This document shows, piece by piece, positions 11,779-24,596 of a stretch of DNA of 64,000 bases (position 1 is its first letter; every line of letters begins with the position of its first letter). A program made the translations under genes and the position numbers. This stretch comes from Malacoraja senta. Its lineage: Eukaryota. The notes under the pieces were generated by a model that was not told where the DNA came from, searched no databases, and worked only from the letters and a program-made list of their open reading frames with translations. Location of the stretch: contig CM075990.1 of assembly GCA_038087875.1 (NCBI GenBank), positions 6,450,001 to 6,514,000 on the forward strand, in the 5' to 3' direction.

Positions 11779-12137
11779 GGCACAGTGGTGCAGCAGTGGA
11801 GTTACTGCCGTGCAGTGCCAGAGACCTGGGCTCGATCCTGACATGGATGTTGTCCTCGAGATTGCAGGAAGACTGACCCAATTCTGCTCCTATCACTTAT
11901 GAGAATCCATATGAGTTTGCATGTACCCCCTGTGACCTCTAGATGCCCCGGTTTCCCCCTACACCCCCAAGACATGTGGGTTTGTAGGTTATTTCCCTCT
12001 GTAAATTGCCTCTAGTGTTCAGGGAGTGGATGCAAAAATGTGATAACATAGAACTAGTATGAATGGGTGATCGATGGTTGGCGTGGACTTGGTGGGCTGA
12101 AGGACCTGTTTCTATTTTATTTCTAAACTAAACTAAA
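11779..12137 (+). mobile_element. HE1-type V-SINE
   Basis: tRNA-like head, V-domain, CR1-like tail with (ctaaa)n. Confidence 0.85.
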
Positions 12138-12143
12138 TTGCTG

Positions 12144-12270
12144 TCTGAGGAATGGTCTCAGTCCAAAATGTCACCTATTCCTTTTCTCCAGAGATGTTGC
12201 CTAACCTCTGAGTTACTCCAGCGTTTTGTGTCTATCTTCAGTGTAAACCAGCATGTGCAGTTCCTTCCTA
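12144..12270 (+). mobile_element. Solo PLE terminal repeat
   Basis: Degenerate hammerhead motif and tail, flanked by an aactaaattgctg duplication. Confidence 0.8.
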
Positions 12271-13771
12271 AACTAAATTGCTGCTCTTTGAAATTTAAGG
12301 TTCACCTTGATCACTCCTGTGAGGTTATTGAACTTCTGTGGCCTTGGCCTCAAGGGCTAATGTCTTCCATTGCCTTCTGAACTTTGTTGGGAGTGCTGCC
12401 TGACCCTTATGGATATTTGGTGTTGCTTAACTCCCACCTCCTCCTCCAGTGCAGTGTGAAGTCATTGGAATGCATTCATTCCCATTCGTGCCATTTTCAC
12501 TGTGCTGTAACTCATCTTCACTTGTACAATATTCCCCAGGGTCTACCACTGGCCCAGTGGAAGTTTAAGAGAGAGACCCAAGGAATTGCAGACGCTAGAA
12601 TCTTGAGCTGGAGTAACTCAGCGGGTCAGACAGCATCTGCGGAAGACCTGGGTAGGTGACGTTTTGGGTCTGGACCTTTCTTCGACTAGCTTTATCTGAT
12701 GAAACTGGGGGCCGGGTGGGATGCATCCAGTCAGTGAGTGTGCGGAGGGTTGTATGGGTTTGCCAGTGACCAGCCAGCATCGTGGCGCCGTGCTCCACGC
12801 ATGCCTCTCACCAGGTGCAGGGTAATTGTCCTTTGTGGTCCCTGAGCCTATTTTGGTGGGATTATCCAAATTAGCACCCAATTAGTTCCGGGTTTATGTC
12901 AGGCAGCATTTCTTCACACAAAGAGCAAAGGAAATCTGGAATGTCCACCCTCCAGAAAACTGTTGAGCTCGGGTACAATTGAAAATATCAAAGCTGAGGT
13001 TTAAAGGTTGTGATTAATTGGGGGTATTAAGGGATTTGGAAGAAAAGTGGCTAAATTGATTCAGTACAGATAGTATAGTGGTCTCCTTATGTTCCTTATG
13101 TAAACAGATGCAAGCATTTCCTGGCGGACTCATTCTTGCCTGAAATTGCCAATATCAACCCATTGCATTCTGCAGAGGCCCACTAACCATATAACCAACA
13201 AATACCCTTTGCAATGATGTACATGGTTTCTTCTCCAAGCAGAGATACCTTGGGAAGGTACTCTGCTTTGATATTTCAGCAAATTCTGCTTTATAATTAA
13301 AAAAGATTTAAGTACTAACACATAGCCTGCAGCGAGCCATTATGAAAGCAATTAAACATTCTGAATGACTGAGTTTAAACCTTAAAATTGCTAAATTTAC
13401 CAATTTAAAAAGTATTGCATTTAAAGCATTCTGGCACTTGTTATGTGTGTTAGTTTCAACTTTGGTTTAAATTTATTATCAGTACACAATGCCATCATTA
13501 CAGCTAATCTAAAAAATGCTACCATTTTTAATAAGCCTGTCACTAACCCCACAAACATAGGAAATAATTTTGACTGTGCCACAATGTAAAACAATTGCCA
13601 ATGTTTGATGTTTCTCCCAGTCTTCATCCTTAATTTACCTAGGATAAAACTCCGCAACCCTCAAGTAGATTAGATTGCTTTATACTTTGCCAAGATTTGG
13701 TTTCAAAAGACATACAGTGGAGGTTCCTTAAACCAAGCCTACCAGCTATAACAAAACACAGTGTGTTTTAA

Positions 13772-14082
13772 TTTAGTTTAGTTTTCGAGATACAGCTCGG
13801 ATACTGGCCCTTCGGCCCAACGGGTCTGCACCGACCAGCGATCCCCGTGCATTAACACTATCCTGCACACACTAAGGACAATTTACATTTATACCAAGCA
13901 AATTAACCTACAAACCTGTATGTCTTTGGAGTGTGGGAGGAAACCGAGGATTGTAGAGAAAACCCACGCAGGTCACGGGGAGAACGTACAAACTCCACAG
14001 AGACAGCACCTAGAGTTAGGATCGAACCCAGGTCTCTGGTGCTGTGAGGCAGCAACTCTACCACTGTGCCACCGTACCGCCC
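13772..14082 (-). mobile_element. HE1-type V-SINE
   Basis: Full-length reverse copy: (tttag)n tail, V-domain, B box, A box. Confidence 0.9.
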
Positions 14083-14365
14083 TGGAGGAACATGGAGGAA
14101 CTCAGCGGGTCAGGTAACATCTGAGGAGAGAACGGACAGACTATGTTTCAGGTTGTATCCCTCCTTCAAACTGAAGCAATCCCGACAAAGATTACAATCT
14201 TGGACAACAGGGTATCGTGTATATTTCCATCAGGGCAGAAAATGGTCTGTATCCACTGTTCTCCCTGATGATCATAGTGAATATCAGGCCTCATCACAAG
14301 CATTGGAAAGTGAATGATATCACAGAGGGAATTGTTTCAATTACTGCTGCTTAAATCTTGTCCAA

Positions 14366-14690
14366 GGGCAGCACGGTTGTGCAGTGGTAGAGTTGCTGCC
14401 TTAGAGCGCGTGCAGCAATGCAGACCCGGCTTCAATCCCGACTACGGGTGCTGTCTGTACGGAGTTTGTACGTTCTCCCCGTGACCTCGTGTGTTTTCTC
14501 CGACATCTTCGGTTTCCTCCCACACTCCAAAGACGCACAGGTTTGTCGGTAAATTGGCTTGGTAAATGTAAAAATTGTCCCTAGTGTGTGTAAGATAGTG
14601 TTCATATGCGGGGAGTCGTTGGTCGGCACGGACTCGGTGGGCCGAAGGGCCTGTTTCCACGCTGTATCTCTCAACTAAACAAAACTAAAC
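14366..14690 (+). mobile_element. HE1-type V-SINE
   Basis: Full-length copy, head-to-head with the copy at 13772-14082. Confidence 0.9.
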
Positions 14691-15376
14691 TCCATGAAGT
14701 AAATAATGAGTCAATGGTCTATAGTGTTGGAGGGTTAATGGATAAGAGGAATTTTGAATTTAGTTCCTCGAAATTGAATTGCTGATATTGAAGATTTGGA
14801 TTGTAATTTTGGCACGTTATTGGTTCTTTTGGCACAAGCTCAACGTGGAGTCAAGTTTTTACAATCCGCAATGTGCTTTACTCATTCAGGGTGGCAAACA
14901 CAGTGCACGTCATAACTTATGACTTAACAGTAGTTTAGAAAAATAGTCAAAAATGCCTACTTTCAAAATAGAGGAATAAGTGGTCGCTCGAGTAAAATAA
15001 ATATTAGTCTAGCTCATTCTTGGAACCGGATGAAGGATTTTCAACTTGCTGATGAATTTTGGCAGACTGGACCTTTCCAGTTTGCAATTAAGATCCATTG
15101 ACATTTAAATATTCTAAGTTTGCAACCAGTTAAAATAATCCCTGAAATTGTCAGTTGAACATGTGCATGCAGTCTCCACTATTGTTCCTTGGAGGAAATT
15201 GCCACTGAAATGCCCGGTTGGCGTTGGATGGAAGATCTAACCTGCAAACGAGAAGACAGCACAGCTCCCTGTAGGCTCCCTGTGCGGCACTCCATGTTTG
15301 CAGGTTCACTGGTTTCCAGATTTTCCATGTTAGCTAGTTCAGGGTTAAGACTTTACTCCTGTCCTTGTTCTTTTTG

Positions 15377-15765
15377 AAGATAGACACAAAATGCTGGAGT
15401 AACTCAGGCAGCATCTCCGGAGAGAAGGAATGTGTGATGTTTTGAGTCGAAACCCTTCTTCAGGGAGGTGTAAGGACATAAGGAGCATAACATGCAACGC
15501 CTGTCCCTATACCTCCTCCCTCGACTCCATCCAATCCTTCCCTGGCCTACAATGGTCTCTCCAAGGCACCACCTTGCCTGAGGTCACGTGGCTGCCTCTG
15601 ACTGGTCCAAGTCTTTTCTCGCTTCCAGCTCTTCATTCTCCCACTCCCTCCCTCCACCCCCCCCCCCACGCCACCTACTTTCAGTCTGATGACAGCTCCC
15701 GACCCGAAATGTCACCCGTCCTTTTTCTCCAGAGATGCTGCCTGACCCGGTGAGTTACTCCAACA
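15377..15765 (+). mobile_element. Internally deleted Neptune-type PLE with inverted 5' repeat
   Basis: Inverted arm at 15377-15462, then RSITCNACPYTSSLDSIQ (Cys linker preceding GIY-YIG), a pyrimidine-rich UTR and ctgatgacagctcccgacccgaaatgtc. Confidence 0.8.
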
Positions 15766-15778
15766 CTGTCTATGAATA

Positions 15779-16068
15779 GGGTGGCACAGTGGTGGAGTTG
15801 CTGCCTTGCAGCGCCTGAGACCTGAGTTCGATCCTGACTACGGGTCCTGTCCGTACGGAGTTTATATGTTCTCCCCGTGACCACATGGGTTTTCTCCGGG
15901 TGCTCCGGTTTCCTCCCACATTCCAAAGACGTACAGGTTTGTAAGTTAATTGCCTATGGTAAAAATGTTCCTTGTGTGTGTAGGATAGGTCCAGTATCTG
16001 GGTTGATCGCTGGTCGGTGCAGACTGGGCTGAACGGCCTGTTTCTGCACTGTATCTCTAAAGTCTAAA
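15779..16068 (+). mobile_element. HE1-type V-SINE
   Basis: A/B boxes, V-domain, tail. Confidence 0.9.
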
Positions 16069-16744
16069 GAATGCACCTCTGTTCAGGATGCCACCTGAAC
16101 CTGTGCTATTTTTATGATTCTACAATCATTTTAAAATCTTTTGATGAGTCATCAATAATCGGTGGAATATTCACACGTGAGAATAATAATTTCGCACAGA
16201 ATCAGTAACTTATTAAAATGTTGTTTACCTAGTGCACAAATTGGTAATCTAACATTTTCCTTAAACTATGACTTCCTGTTGGGGGAACAAAGTCAATGTT
16301 CCAAGCATCCCGTACTTCAAATGCTAGAGGAAATGTACTTTCCAAGGGACTGATCATTTCTTCCAGGTAATGAATGATTAATTGGACATCAGGGTAGGTT
16401 TCCTGGTCCCAGGATTGAAGCAATGGAGCCAGCGCACTGCGAGGTTGCTTTTGCCAAAAATATAAGGCCCGCATAGAACAAACCTTCCAGTTATATAATG
16501 TAACATAAATCTCCTGGACTGAGCCTGCTGATCGATCTTCATTGTAAGCGGGAAAGGAGGGAGCATGCAATGTTCCGTTCCAGCTGCTGCTGCTCTCTAA
16601 TGAGGCCATCATTAATTCGTTTGGCAACGGAAGCATCCCTGACAGCAAATTTCATTGTCGAGGTCTGATGTTGTTGCTCTACCAGGAGCTAGAATAGACT
16701 TGATGGGTCAAATGGCCCACTTCTTTCAGAGAGTGGTGGAACTG

Positions 16745-17043
16745 TGGCACAGCGGTCGAGTTGCTGTTTCACAGGGCCGGAGACCCAGGCTCGACCCTGA
16801 CTACGGGTGCTGGCAATGCGGCGTTTGGACGTTCTCCATGTGACCGCGTGGGTTTTCTCCGTGTGCTCCAGCTTCCCCCCACTTTTCAAAGACGTGCAGG
16901 TTCATAGTTTAATTGGCTTCTGTCAATTCCCTCTGGTGTGTAGGTTGAGAAAGTGGAATAAAATGGAACTAGTGTTTGGTGATTGATGGTCAGCGTGGAC
17001 CTGGTGGGCTAACGGGCCTGTTTCACGCTGTATCTCTAAATTA
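16745..17043 (+). mobile_element. HE1-type V-SINE
   Basis: A/B boxes, V-domain, tail. Confidence 0.85.
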
Positions 17044-17089
17044 AATATCTGGAATACTCTATCTGGCCTGAACATCTTAAAGTATTAAA

Positions 17090-17184
17090 GATAAACACAA
17101 AATGCAGGAGTACCTCAGCGGGACAGGCAGCATCTCCGGACAGAAGGAAATGTGACGTTTCAGGTCAAGACCCTTCTTCAGACT
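17090..17184 (-). mobile_element. Solo PLE terminal repeat with hammerhead motif
   Basis: gacgtttcaggtcaagacccttcttcagact. Confidence 0.8.
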
Positions 17185-17339
17185 CGCGTTCTAAAAGTAC
17201 CAATTACTTGACTATGTAATATCTCTGGTTTGTAGATTTTATCTCCTCACAAATGAAAAGACGCGATTGACTGTTGGAGTCAAATGTTTCAGTTGTCAGG
17301 TCAAATGCAATTGGGGGGTCTTCTTCGTTTTGGGTCTTC

Positions 17340-17450
17340 TTCGTTTTGTATTGTATGGCTGCAGAAACGACATTTCGTTTGGACCTCAAGGGGTCCAAAT
17401 GACAAATTTGTCCAAAAGACAAATAAATTGAATTGAATTGAATTGAATTC
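17340..17450 (+). mobile_element. LINE-like 3' tail with hairpin and (TTGAA)n terminal repeat
   Basis: Stem-loop tttggacctcaaggggtccaaa followed by aataaa and (ttgaa)n. Family not assigned. Confidence 0.5.
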
Positions 17451-18012
17451 ATGATCCTACTTCACCTCAGTGGAACACCGGTGCCTAGAATTGAGATTCA
17501 GCAATTGTACAGAACATACACATCTTCTTCAGGCTGAGCTGTATGGCTGGCACATCCCTTCTGAGGAGTGGCACCCAGCACCAACCAATACAATGGAAAT
17601 ATAAACACTCACATTGATATAGCCCCTTGCACACCCTGCCTGGACATCCCAGTTGTTTTGCGGTCAGTTTAATGTCACGTGAAACAGTGACAATAAGCTG
17701 AAGGCTCAGCGACCAGTGAAAGAACACGGAGGATCAGGAAGCCAACAAACAGAGGAACACTGATGTCCCGGAGACTTAAAGAAGGGTCTTAACCCAAAAC
17801 ATCACCAATTCCTTCTCTTCAGAGATGCTGCCTGAGTTACTCCAGCATTTCGTTTCTGTCTCAGAGACTTTTCTTTTTGGAGGAACTTCCTAGGATAGAG
17901 AGGAATGGGTATATGGATGGAAGCTGTAACAAGTGCTAGTGCACCAGGTAATAATGCAGGCTTGGAAACACAGCCTGTCGGAGAGGTCATTAAAACAGGT
18001 GAAGGAATTGAG

Positions 18013-18220
18013 TACAAAGTGCTGGAGTAACCCAATGCATCTCTGGAGGATGTGTATAGGTAACATTTCATGTAGGGCCATCTTCAGACTTCGCCACCCT
18101 GAAGAAAGGTCCCGACAGAAACGTTGCCTATCCATGTACTCAAGAAGTGCTGCCTGACCCGCTTAGCCACTCCAGCACTTTGTGTCTGTTTATAATAACC
18201 TGCATCAACAGTTTTTTGTG
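18013..18220. mobile_element. Fold-back PLE terminal repeat (inverted pair)
   Basis: Two arms with ctgaagaaaggtcccgacagaaacgttg at about 18099. Confidence 0.8.
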
Positions 18221-18429
18221 TCGGAAGGAATTGGATATTATTCGATCAAAATACATTGCAAATGTTGCTGAACTATTAGCCTGAATCTGAGCAGTTTGTT
18301 AAGATATTCATTGAAAGGTGCATTTAATACATTAACCTGCAGTTAGTTCTTAAAAACGACAAAGTACATGATGAAAATTGCTGGACATTTAATGAAATAA
18401 TTTTCTGTTTTTGTACAAACTTCTAAAAT

Positions 18430-18800
18430 TTGGAACAAGCTGCCAGAGGAGGTAGTTGAGGCAGGTACTCTAACAGCATTTACGAAACCATTTGATATTT
18501 AAATGCAGAGGAAGGGTTTAGAGCGATATGGGCCAAATGCGGGCAAATGGAATGAGTTTAGATAGAAACAGCGAACATTGGTGCAGGAGAAGGCCAGTCG
18601 GTCCTTCGAGCCATGCAATATGATCATGGCTGATCATCCATGAAAATCAGTACCCTGTTCCTGCTTTCTCTCCAGATCCCTTGATTCCATTAACCCTAAG
18701 AGCTATATCTAACTCTTTGATTTGGTAGTTTAGATGGGGCATCTTGGTCGGCAGGATTATTAGGCCGAAGGGCCTGCTTCTGTACCGTATGACTTTATCA
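18430..18800. mobile_element. CR1 3' fragment (+) with a second CR1 3' fragment (-) nested at about 18560-18720
   Basis: tggaacaagctgccagaggaggtagttgaggcagg..., with ttagat repeated on both sides of the inner reverse fragment. Confidence 0.75.
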
Positions 18801-19225
18801 TTATATTTCCCCTTTAATCATCGGATTTGATGGTGACAATTGCACATTTGCTTTGACTGATGACTGATCCCTCACGTACTTTCCCCCCTCTCTGCTGCCC
18901 ATTAATGAGGGAGGCCCTGCCCTGCATCATTAGCAAGAGGCCCGGAATTCCCTTTTGTTGTTGTTTTACCATCAGTTGCAAACAAACCACAGTTGCCGAG
19001 ATAATTAGACCTGAGCCTGTTTGCCTCCCACCTATTGTCAACAGCAGCAGGTTCATGGACATGAATATAAAGGAATAAATTCTAAACATCCCCACATTAA
19101 TCCCCCTGAATAAATTGCTAGATGCAAGTACATAAATTGTGGTGATCTCATTACACCTTCTTAAAAAGATGTATGCATCTGCTCATTAGATTAATGGTTG
19201 CTTGTCTAATTTCACATGAAGTGCC

Positions 19226-19687
19226 TAGGCTTGGTGATCACTTCGCCGAACACCTCAGCTCGTTTCGCAATAACCAACCTGATCTCCCGGTGGCTCAGCA
19301 CTTCAACACCCCCTCCCATTCCGAATCTGACCTTTCTGTCCTGGGCCTCCTCCATGGCCAGAGTGAGGATCACTGTAAATTGGAGGAGCAGCACCTGATA
19401 TTTCGCTTGGGCAGTTTGCACCCCAGCGGTATGAACATTGACTTCTCTAATTTCAGGCAGTCCTTACTTTCTCCTCCCATTCTCAGCTCTCCCTCAGCCC
19501 TCTGGCTCCACCTCTTCTTTTCTTCTTCCTCCCCCCTCCCCCCTCCACTCTCACATCAGTCTGAAGAAGGGTTTTGACCCAAAACGTTGGCTACTTCCTT
19601 CGCTCCATAGATGCTGCCTCACCCGCTGAGTTTCTCCAGCATTTTTGTCTACCTTCGATTTTCCAGCATCTGTAGTTCCTTCTTAAA
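19226..19687 (+). mobile_element. Penelope-like element 3' end: GIY-YIG endonuclease C-terminus, UTR, hammerhead motif and tail
   Basis: RLGDHFAEHLSSFRNNQPDLPVAQHFNTPSHSESDLSVLGLLHGQSEDHCKLEEQHLIFRLGSLHPSGMNIDFS, then ctgaagaagggttttgacccaaaacgtt at 19561. Confidence 0.92.
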
Positions 19688-19704
19688 GATTCTTGATTAG
19701 AATG

Positions 19705-19910
19705 TGTGTCAGGGGTAAAGGGGAGAAGGCAGGAGAATGGGGTTAGGAGGGAGAGATAGATCAGCCATGATGGAATGGTGGAGTAGATGTGATGGGGCGA
19801 ATGGCCTAATTCTGCTCCCATCACTTATGATATGACCTTATGACCTATGGTCGGTGTGGGAAGTGGGGGCAAAGGACCTATTTCCATGCTGTATGACTCT
19901 AAGACTCCAT
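19705..19910 (+). mobile_element. CR1 3' tail fragments
   Basis: gtcaggggt...gggagaaggcaggagaatgggg...gatcagccatga...ggcgaatggcctaattctgctcc. Confidence 0.75.
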
Positions 19911-20789
19911 AACACCATGGTAGTGTAAAGCTGATGTTTATTTTACTAATAGCCCAGCAATATCAGCTCAAACCCCAGCTGCGAATTTAAATTCATATTC
20001 AAAACTTATCCAGGTTTGAAAACAACTTGTGGTTTTGGAAATCTTAAAAATAACTCCTGCAACTGAATTCTAAATAATTTGAAAGTGTGATTGTCACAAA
20101 CATATTGCAGTAATACATCTTTCTTGTGTTTATTGGTAGCAGAATTACACTCACAGAATAAAGAATATGAATACTTCACAGCTGAAAAAAACATGCCTTA
20201 TCTGTGAGAGTTCTAATTTAATAACAAGTTTGCATTTTTATTCAGTTAAGACATTTGTCAAAGCAAAAGGGGACTGAGCTATCGGAGAATTTAAAAGGCT
20301 GACTGCAACTTGTTTTTGAACAATAAACAATAATGTTCTGGTAAACACCCGTTTAATGTTGATACTCATTTGACAGATATTAAATCAGATACATGAGAAA
20401 AGGGTTGAATTGAATTTAATTTACAGTGAGTATTTGCTGCACAAGGAATTTACATTCATTTACATGTGGAAGGAAGCTGAGTGTTTCACAAAATCAAGAA
20501 AGGATTATTCAGAAAAATACTGTGTTGCCTTTGCAATGGAGTGGACAGCACAGTCATCTTGAAGGTCGCAGGTTATGGGTTTATCCACCCCCTTAAGCAC
20601 AAAAACATAAGCTAATACTTTTGTTTAGGTTTGGGGGTACAGTGAAAAGCTTTGTTTTTGCATCCAGATCAGGTAATACTGCACATTAATACAATCACGG
20701 TAAACTCCAGTACAATAGGGAGAGAAAAGGGGAAGATACAGAGTGTAGAATACAGTTGTAGCGCATCAGTTCCATAGACAAGAAGATAC

Positions 20790-20941
20790 TGTAGACACAA
20801 AAATCTGGAGTCACTCAGCAGGACAGAGACCCGAAATGTCACCCCTCCCTTCCCTTCAACGATGCTGCCTGTCTCGCTGAGTGACTCCAGTTTTTTGTGT
20901 CTTTCCTCGGTTTAAACCAGCATCTGCAGTTCCGTCCTGCA
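20790..20941. mobile_element. Fold-back PLE terminal repeat inserted in a Rex1-type tail
   Basis: Inverted arms. The flanks cagttccatagacaagaag / cagttccacagaaaaaag resemble a TSD. Confidence 0.8.
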
Positions 20942-21877
20942 CAGTTCCACAGAAAAAAGTCCAGTGTCCTCAATGGGGTAGAGGTGAACCGGACAGTATT
21001 CTAGCCTAGGATAGCCCAGCAAGCTGCTTGGGGAATTGGGTGGTACAGTTAGCGCTGTTGCCTCACTGCCTCAGGGATTCAAGAATATTCCCAGCAATAC
21101 AATCCATTGACAACAAAAGCTATCTCACGACTGGAGGGCTGCAGCTCCAGACTCTGCACTATTTGCTATTACTAGCCTTCTTTGGTATGGCTGTGCAATG
21201 GTTAGTGTGCTGCTGGCATGGAGCTTTATGGACCTTTGTTCAATCCTGACCTCTGAGTGGGAGTCTTCCCATTCTCCCTGTGACTGTGTGGTTTTTCTCA
21301 GCATGCTCATGTTTGCTCCCACATCCCAAAAACACACGGATGGATGAGTCAGCACTTAAACAACCTTTTTAATGTGAGTTCATGGCAAATGGCTCAAGAA
21401 GGAGCTGATGGCCAAATGAGGGAGAGAATGTAGGACTGCAGGCAAACAAGGAGCGTTGGAATTGAACTGATGGAAATGCTATGGATGGAGCCAGCACAGA
21501 CCTGATGGGCCAATTGGCCTCCTCTTCTGTGGGAATAAGTAAGACCGCTGCCATTGCTGTTGGTATGTGAGCAAACCAGACAGACTCTTCCTGAATAGCC
21601 ATTGTCGTTAACATGAAAGGGAACGGGGAAATGACTCCCGACAATATTCATTCCCCAATCAATCTCACAAAGGCTGGTTAGCTGAGAATTATTCCATTGC
21701 TGCCTGTTACAGTGTGGAGGGACAACCTGGCTGCTGTGCTTGCTATCCTATTCTGCTTTAGTTCCACCACCCAATTGTCAAGGCTAGAGTTATGTCCACA
21801 TGATCACCTCCCAATAATAAACCATTCTCTCTAATGCACATCTCTCACTTTTTCCTCAAATGTCTTGGCCTAAACAT

Positions 21878-22350
21878 CATAGAGTCATGGAGTCACAGTG
21901 TGATACAGTGTGGAAACAGGCCCTTCGGCCCAACTTGCCCCACCGGCCAACATGTCCCAGCTACATTAGTCCCACCTACCCGTGTTTGGTCCATCTCCCT
22001 GTAAACCTGTCCTATCCATGTACCTGTTTAACTGTTTCTTAAATGTTAAATGAGTCCTTGCCTCAATTACCTCCTCTGGCAGCTTGTTCCATACACCCGC
22101 CACCCTTTGTGTGAAAAGGTTACCCTTCAGACTCCTATTAAATCTTTTCCCCTTCACCTTAAACCTATGTCCTCGGGTCCTCGATTCACCTACTCTGGGG
22201 CAAGAGACTCTGTGCATCTACCTGATCTATTCAACTCATGATTTTATACGCCTCAATAAATCATCCCTGCACTCCAAGGACTAGAGTCCCAGCCTACTCA
22301 ACTTCTCCTTATAGCTCAGACCCTCTAGCTCTGGCAACATCCTTATAAAT
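21878..22350 (-). mobile_element. CR1/HER1 LINE 3' fragment
   Basis: ORF 21966-22217 (VGESRTRGHRFKVKGKRFNRSLKGNLFTQRVAGVWNKLPEEV) is the CR1 ORF2 C-terminus. Confidence 0.9.
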
Positions 22351-23390
22351 GCTGGAGTAACTCAGTGGGTCAGGCACTGGAGGGTATGGATAGGTGACAT
22401 TTCAGCTTGGGATCCTTCTTCAGACTGAAAATTCCGGGATCTGTAGTTCAACCTGTCTCCATTATATCTATGACCTCCAATTTTTCAAATCTCTTCAGAA
22501 ATGAAAAGATGCTGTCTACATCCACCCTGCTTAATGCTTCATAATTTAAAAAGCTATTGAATAATCTGTGTCTTCCCTTCCCTACAGCAAAGAGCCCACC
22601 CTGTTCAGTTTACGGGAATGCAGAAGGCAGGGGCAATCCCAAACTTGAGACTAATTACCAGGAGTTCAACAGGTTTATGTCAAAGCAAGCCATTAACTCA
22701 AGTAGTCCACAATTTATTGCTTGTTTTAAACATTTAATTTATTATTTCAACAATATGTAATCTGATATGATTAGTTGCAAAGCCTTTATGTAATTACCGA
22801 GCTGGGACAGTGTTGGAGGTCTCTGCTATATCAAGGATGCAGAGTGGACAGTTTTATATTTCATTGGGACAAGGCTTTTGAATGCCGCACAACTATTTAA
22901 TTAATTCCACCGGGAATTTTAATGTAAATTGTCAATTGAAACATCAGTTGAGCTTCCCCATTGAAGCCCTGCAGGATATTTTGTGCATGTTCGTTCATTT
23001 TATAATCTGAAGTTAATTTGCTAATCATTTGCAGCATAGTGTGCACCTTTTCTGTATTTATGTACCCAGGGATGGAATGCTTTGGTCAAGTATATCATCT
23101 GCAGATATTTACTCACTGAGACAGATGGTTGGTCTTAGGAACATGAATTGGTTGGTATATTTTGTTTGGAAGTGATATCGAAGATGCAACTCAGATAGTC
23201 CACCATTTGATTGTTCAGAAATGTGGATGGTTTGGAATCTGACTCAATGGTTGATGTTTCCCACATGCGCTCTAAGTTCATCAGGATTCCATTTGCTGTG
23301 ATCATTTTAAATTCCCCTCGCTCCCTTTAAACCCACCTGACTAATGGAAGAATTTATTGTAACATCTAAAAAAATTTTTTTAAAGGCTGT

Positions 23391-23607
23391 ATTCCAAATG
23401 TCCCTACACTGGCATCATCCCCTAACTCTTGCTCCACCAAATTGACGACTGCATCGGGGCTGCCTCCTGCACCCATGCAGAACTCATTGATATCATCAAC
23501 TTTACCATTAACTACAACCTGTCCTCAAATTCACATGGACTGACCGCTGAGTTACTCCAGCACTTTGTGTCTTTTTTTTAAACCAGCATTTGCAGTTCCT
23601 CGTGTCC
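23391..23607 (+). mobile_element. PLE reverse-transcriptase relic joined directly to the terminal repeat
   Basis: ...IDDCIGAASCTHAELIDIINFT...KFTWT (PLE RT catalytic IDD region), followed at 23541 by gaccgctgagttactccagc...tail. Confidence 0.75.
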
Positions 23608-23699
23608 CCATTATATTTTGTTATTTTTCCTAATAACATGCCATAATAGCAGAATCGCCTTTTTGTGAATCTTGCAGGAAGTCATCCTTTACATCTCAG

Positions 23700-24330
23700 G
23701 GTCAGATAGAATATTCCTTTATATTCTTTTCTGCCATAATAGGACATTTCAAATCTTTCCATACTACATTCCATTTATCGTCTTTATCCTCTCAATGTAA
23801 TCGCTATCTGCATCCATTTCCAGATATTTTATATCAGTTACTTCCCTACTCTTTCTGTCATTAGTACATTTAACCACCATGCCTTGGGTTCCTTCATCCA
23901 ATTCACTTTGGTCAATTGTGAAATGGAGACTCTAGTGTTGATCCTTCTGACCTGACTACCAAAAAATACCCACTAATGCAAGCAATCCTCTAATCTCACC
24001 AAAACATTACCTCCTGTACCACAAGGTATGTTTTCTGCAATATCCTTTGACATGACACCTTATGAAATACTCTTGGAAATCTTAATACATCCACAATTCC
24101 CCCCTTAACCAGTGTGCCTTAGTTCTTCAATGAACTCCAATAAAATAGTCAAACATGATTTCCCTTTCGCAAAATTGTGTTGACTTTGGCTGCTTACTTG
24201 AATGTTTCTAAGTGCCTTGCTATAAGATCTTTAATATTAACTTCTAACTTTGGCAATGATAGATGATAAACTGCAGTTTCCTGCTTTCTGTCTCCAACCC
24301 TATTTGAATAAAGGATACATTCACTGGGAT
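23700..24330 (-). mobile_element. Highly decayed CR1 RT relic
   Basis: Motifs such as tagtcaaacatgatttccctttc and ttatgaaatactcttggaaatct resemble the reverse-complemented CR1 RT region. Confidence 0.5.
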
Positions 24331-24596
24331 GACTCAGACATAAGAATCAACTGGTGGGTATGCGGAGTTAGCTGACCGAGAAGGGAGAAGTAACTTGAGG
24401 GTCAAGGGTGTATAATTGTCATACGCATTGACAACAGGACAATGAAATTCCTATTTGGCCGTAAACTCAATACATAGATAAATATAATAATCTAAAATTC
24501 AATAGATTAATAACGGCCAAAAAAACCCAAAGTCAGTCATGCAATGAAAACACAGTCCATAGTTGCTGAGATGAGTGTTGTGTAATCAGGGTGCAT

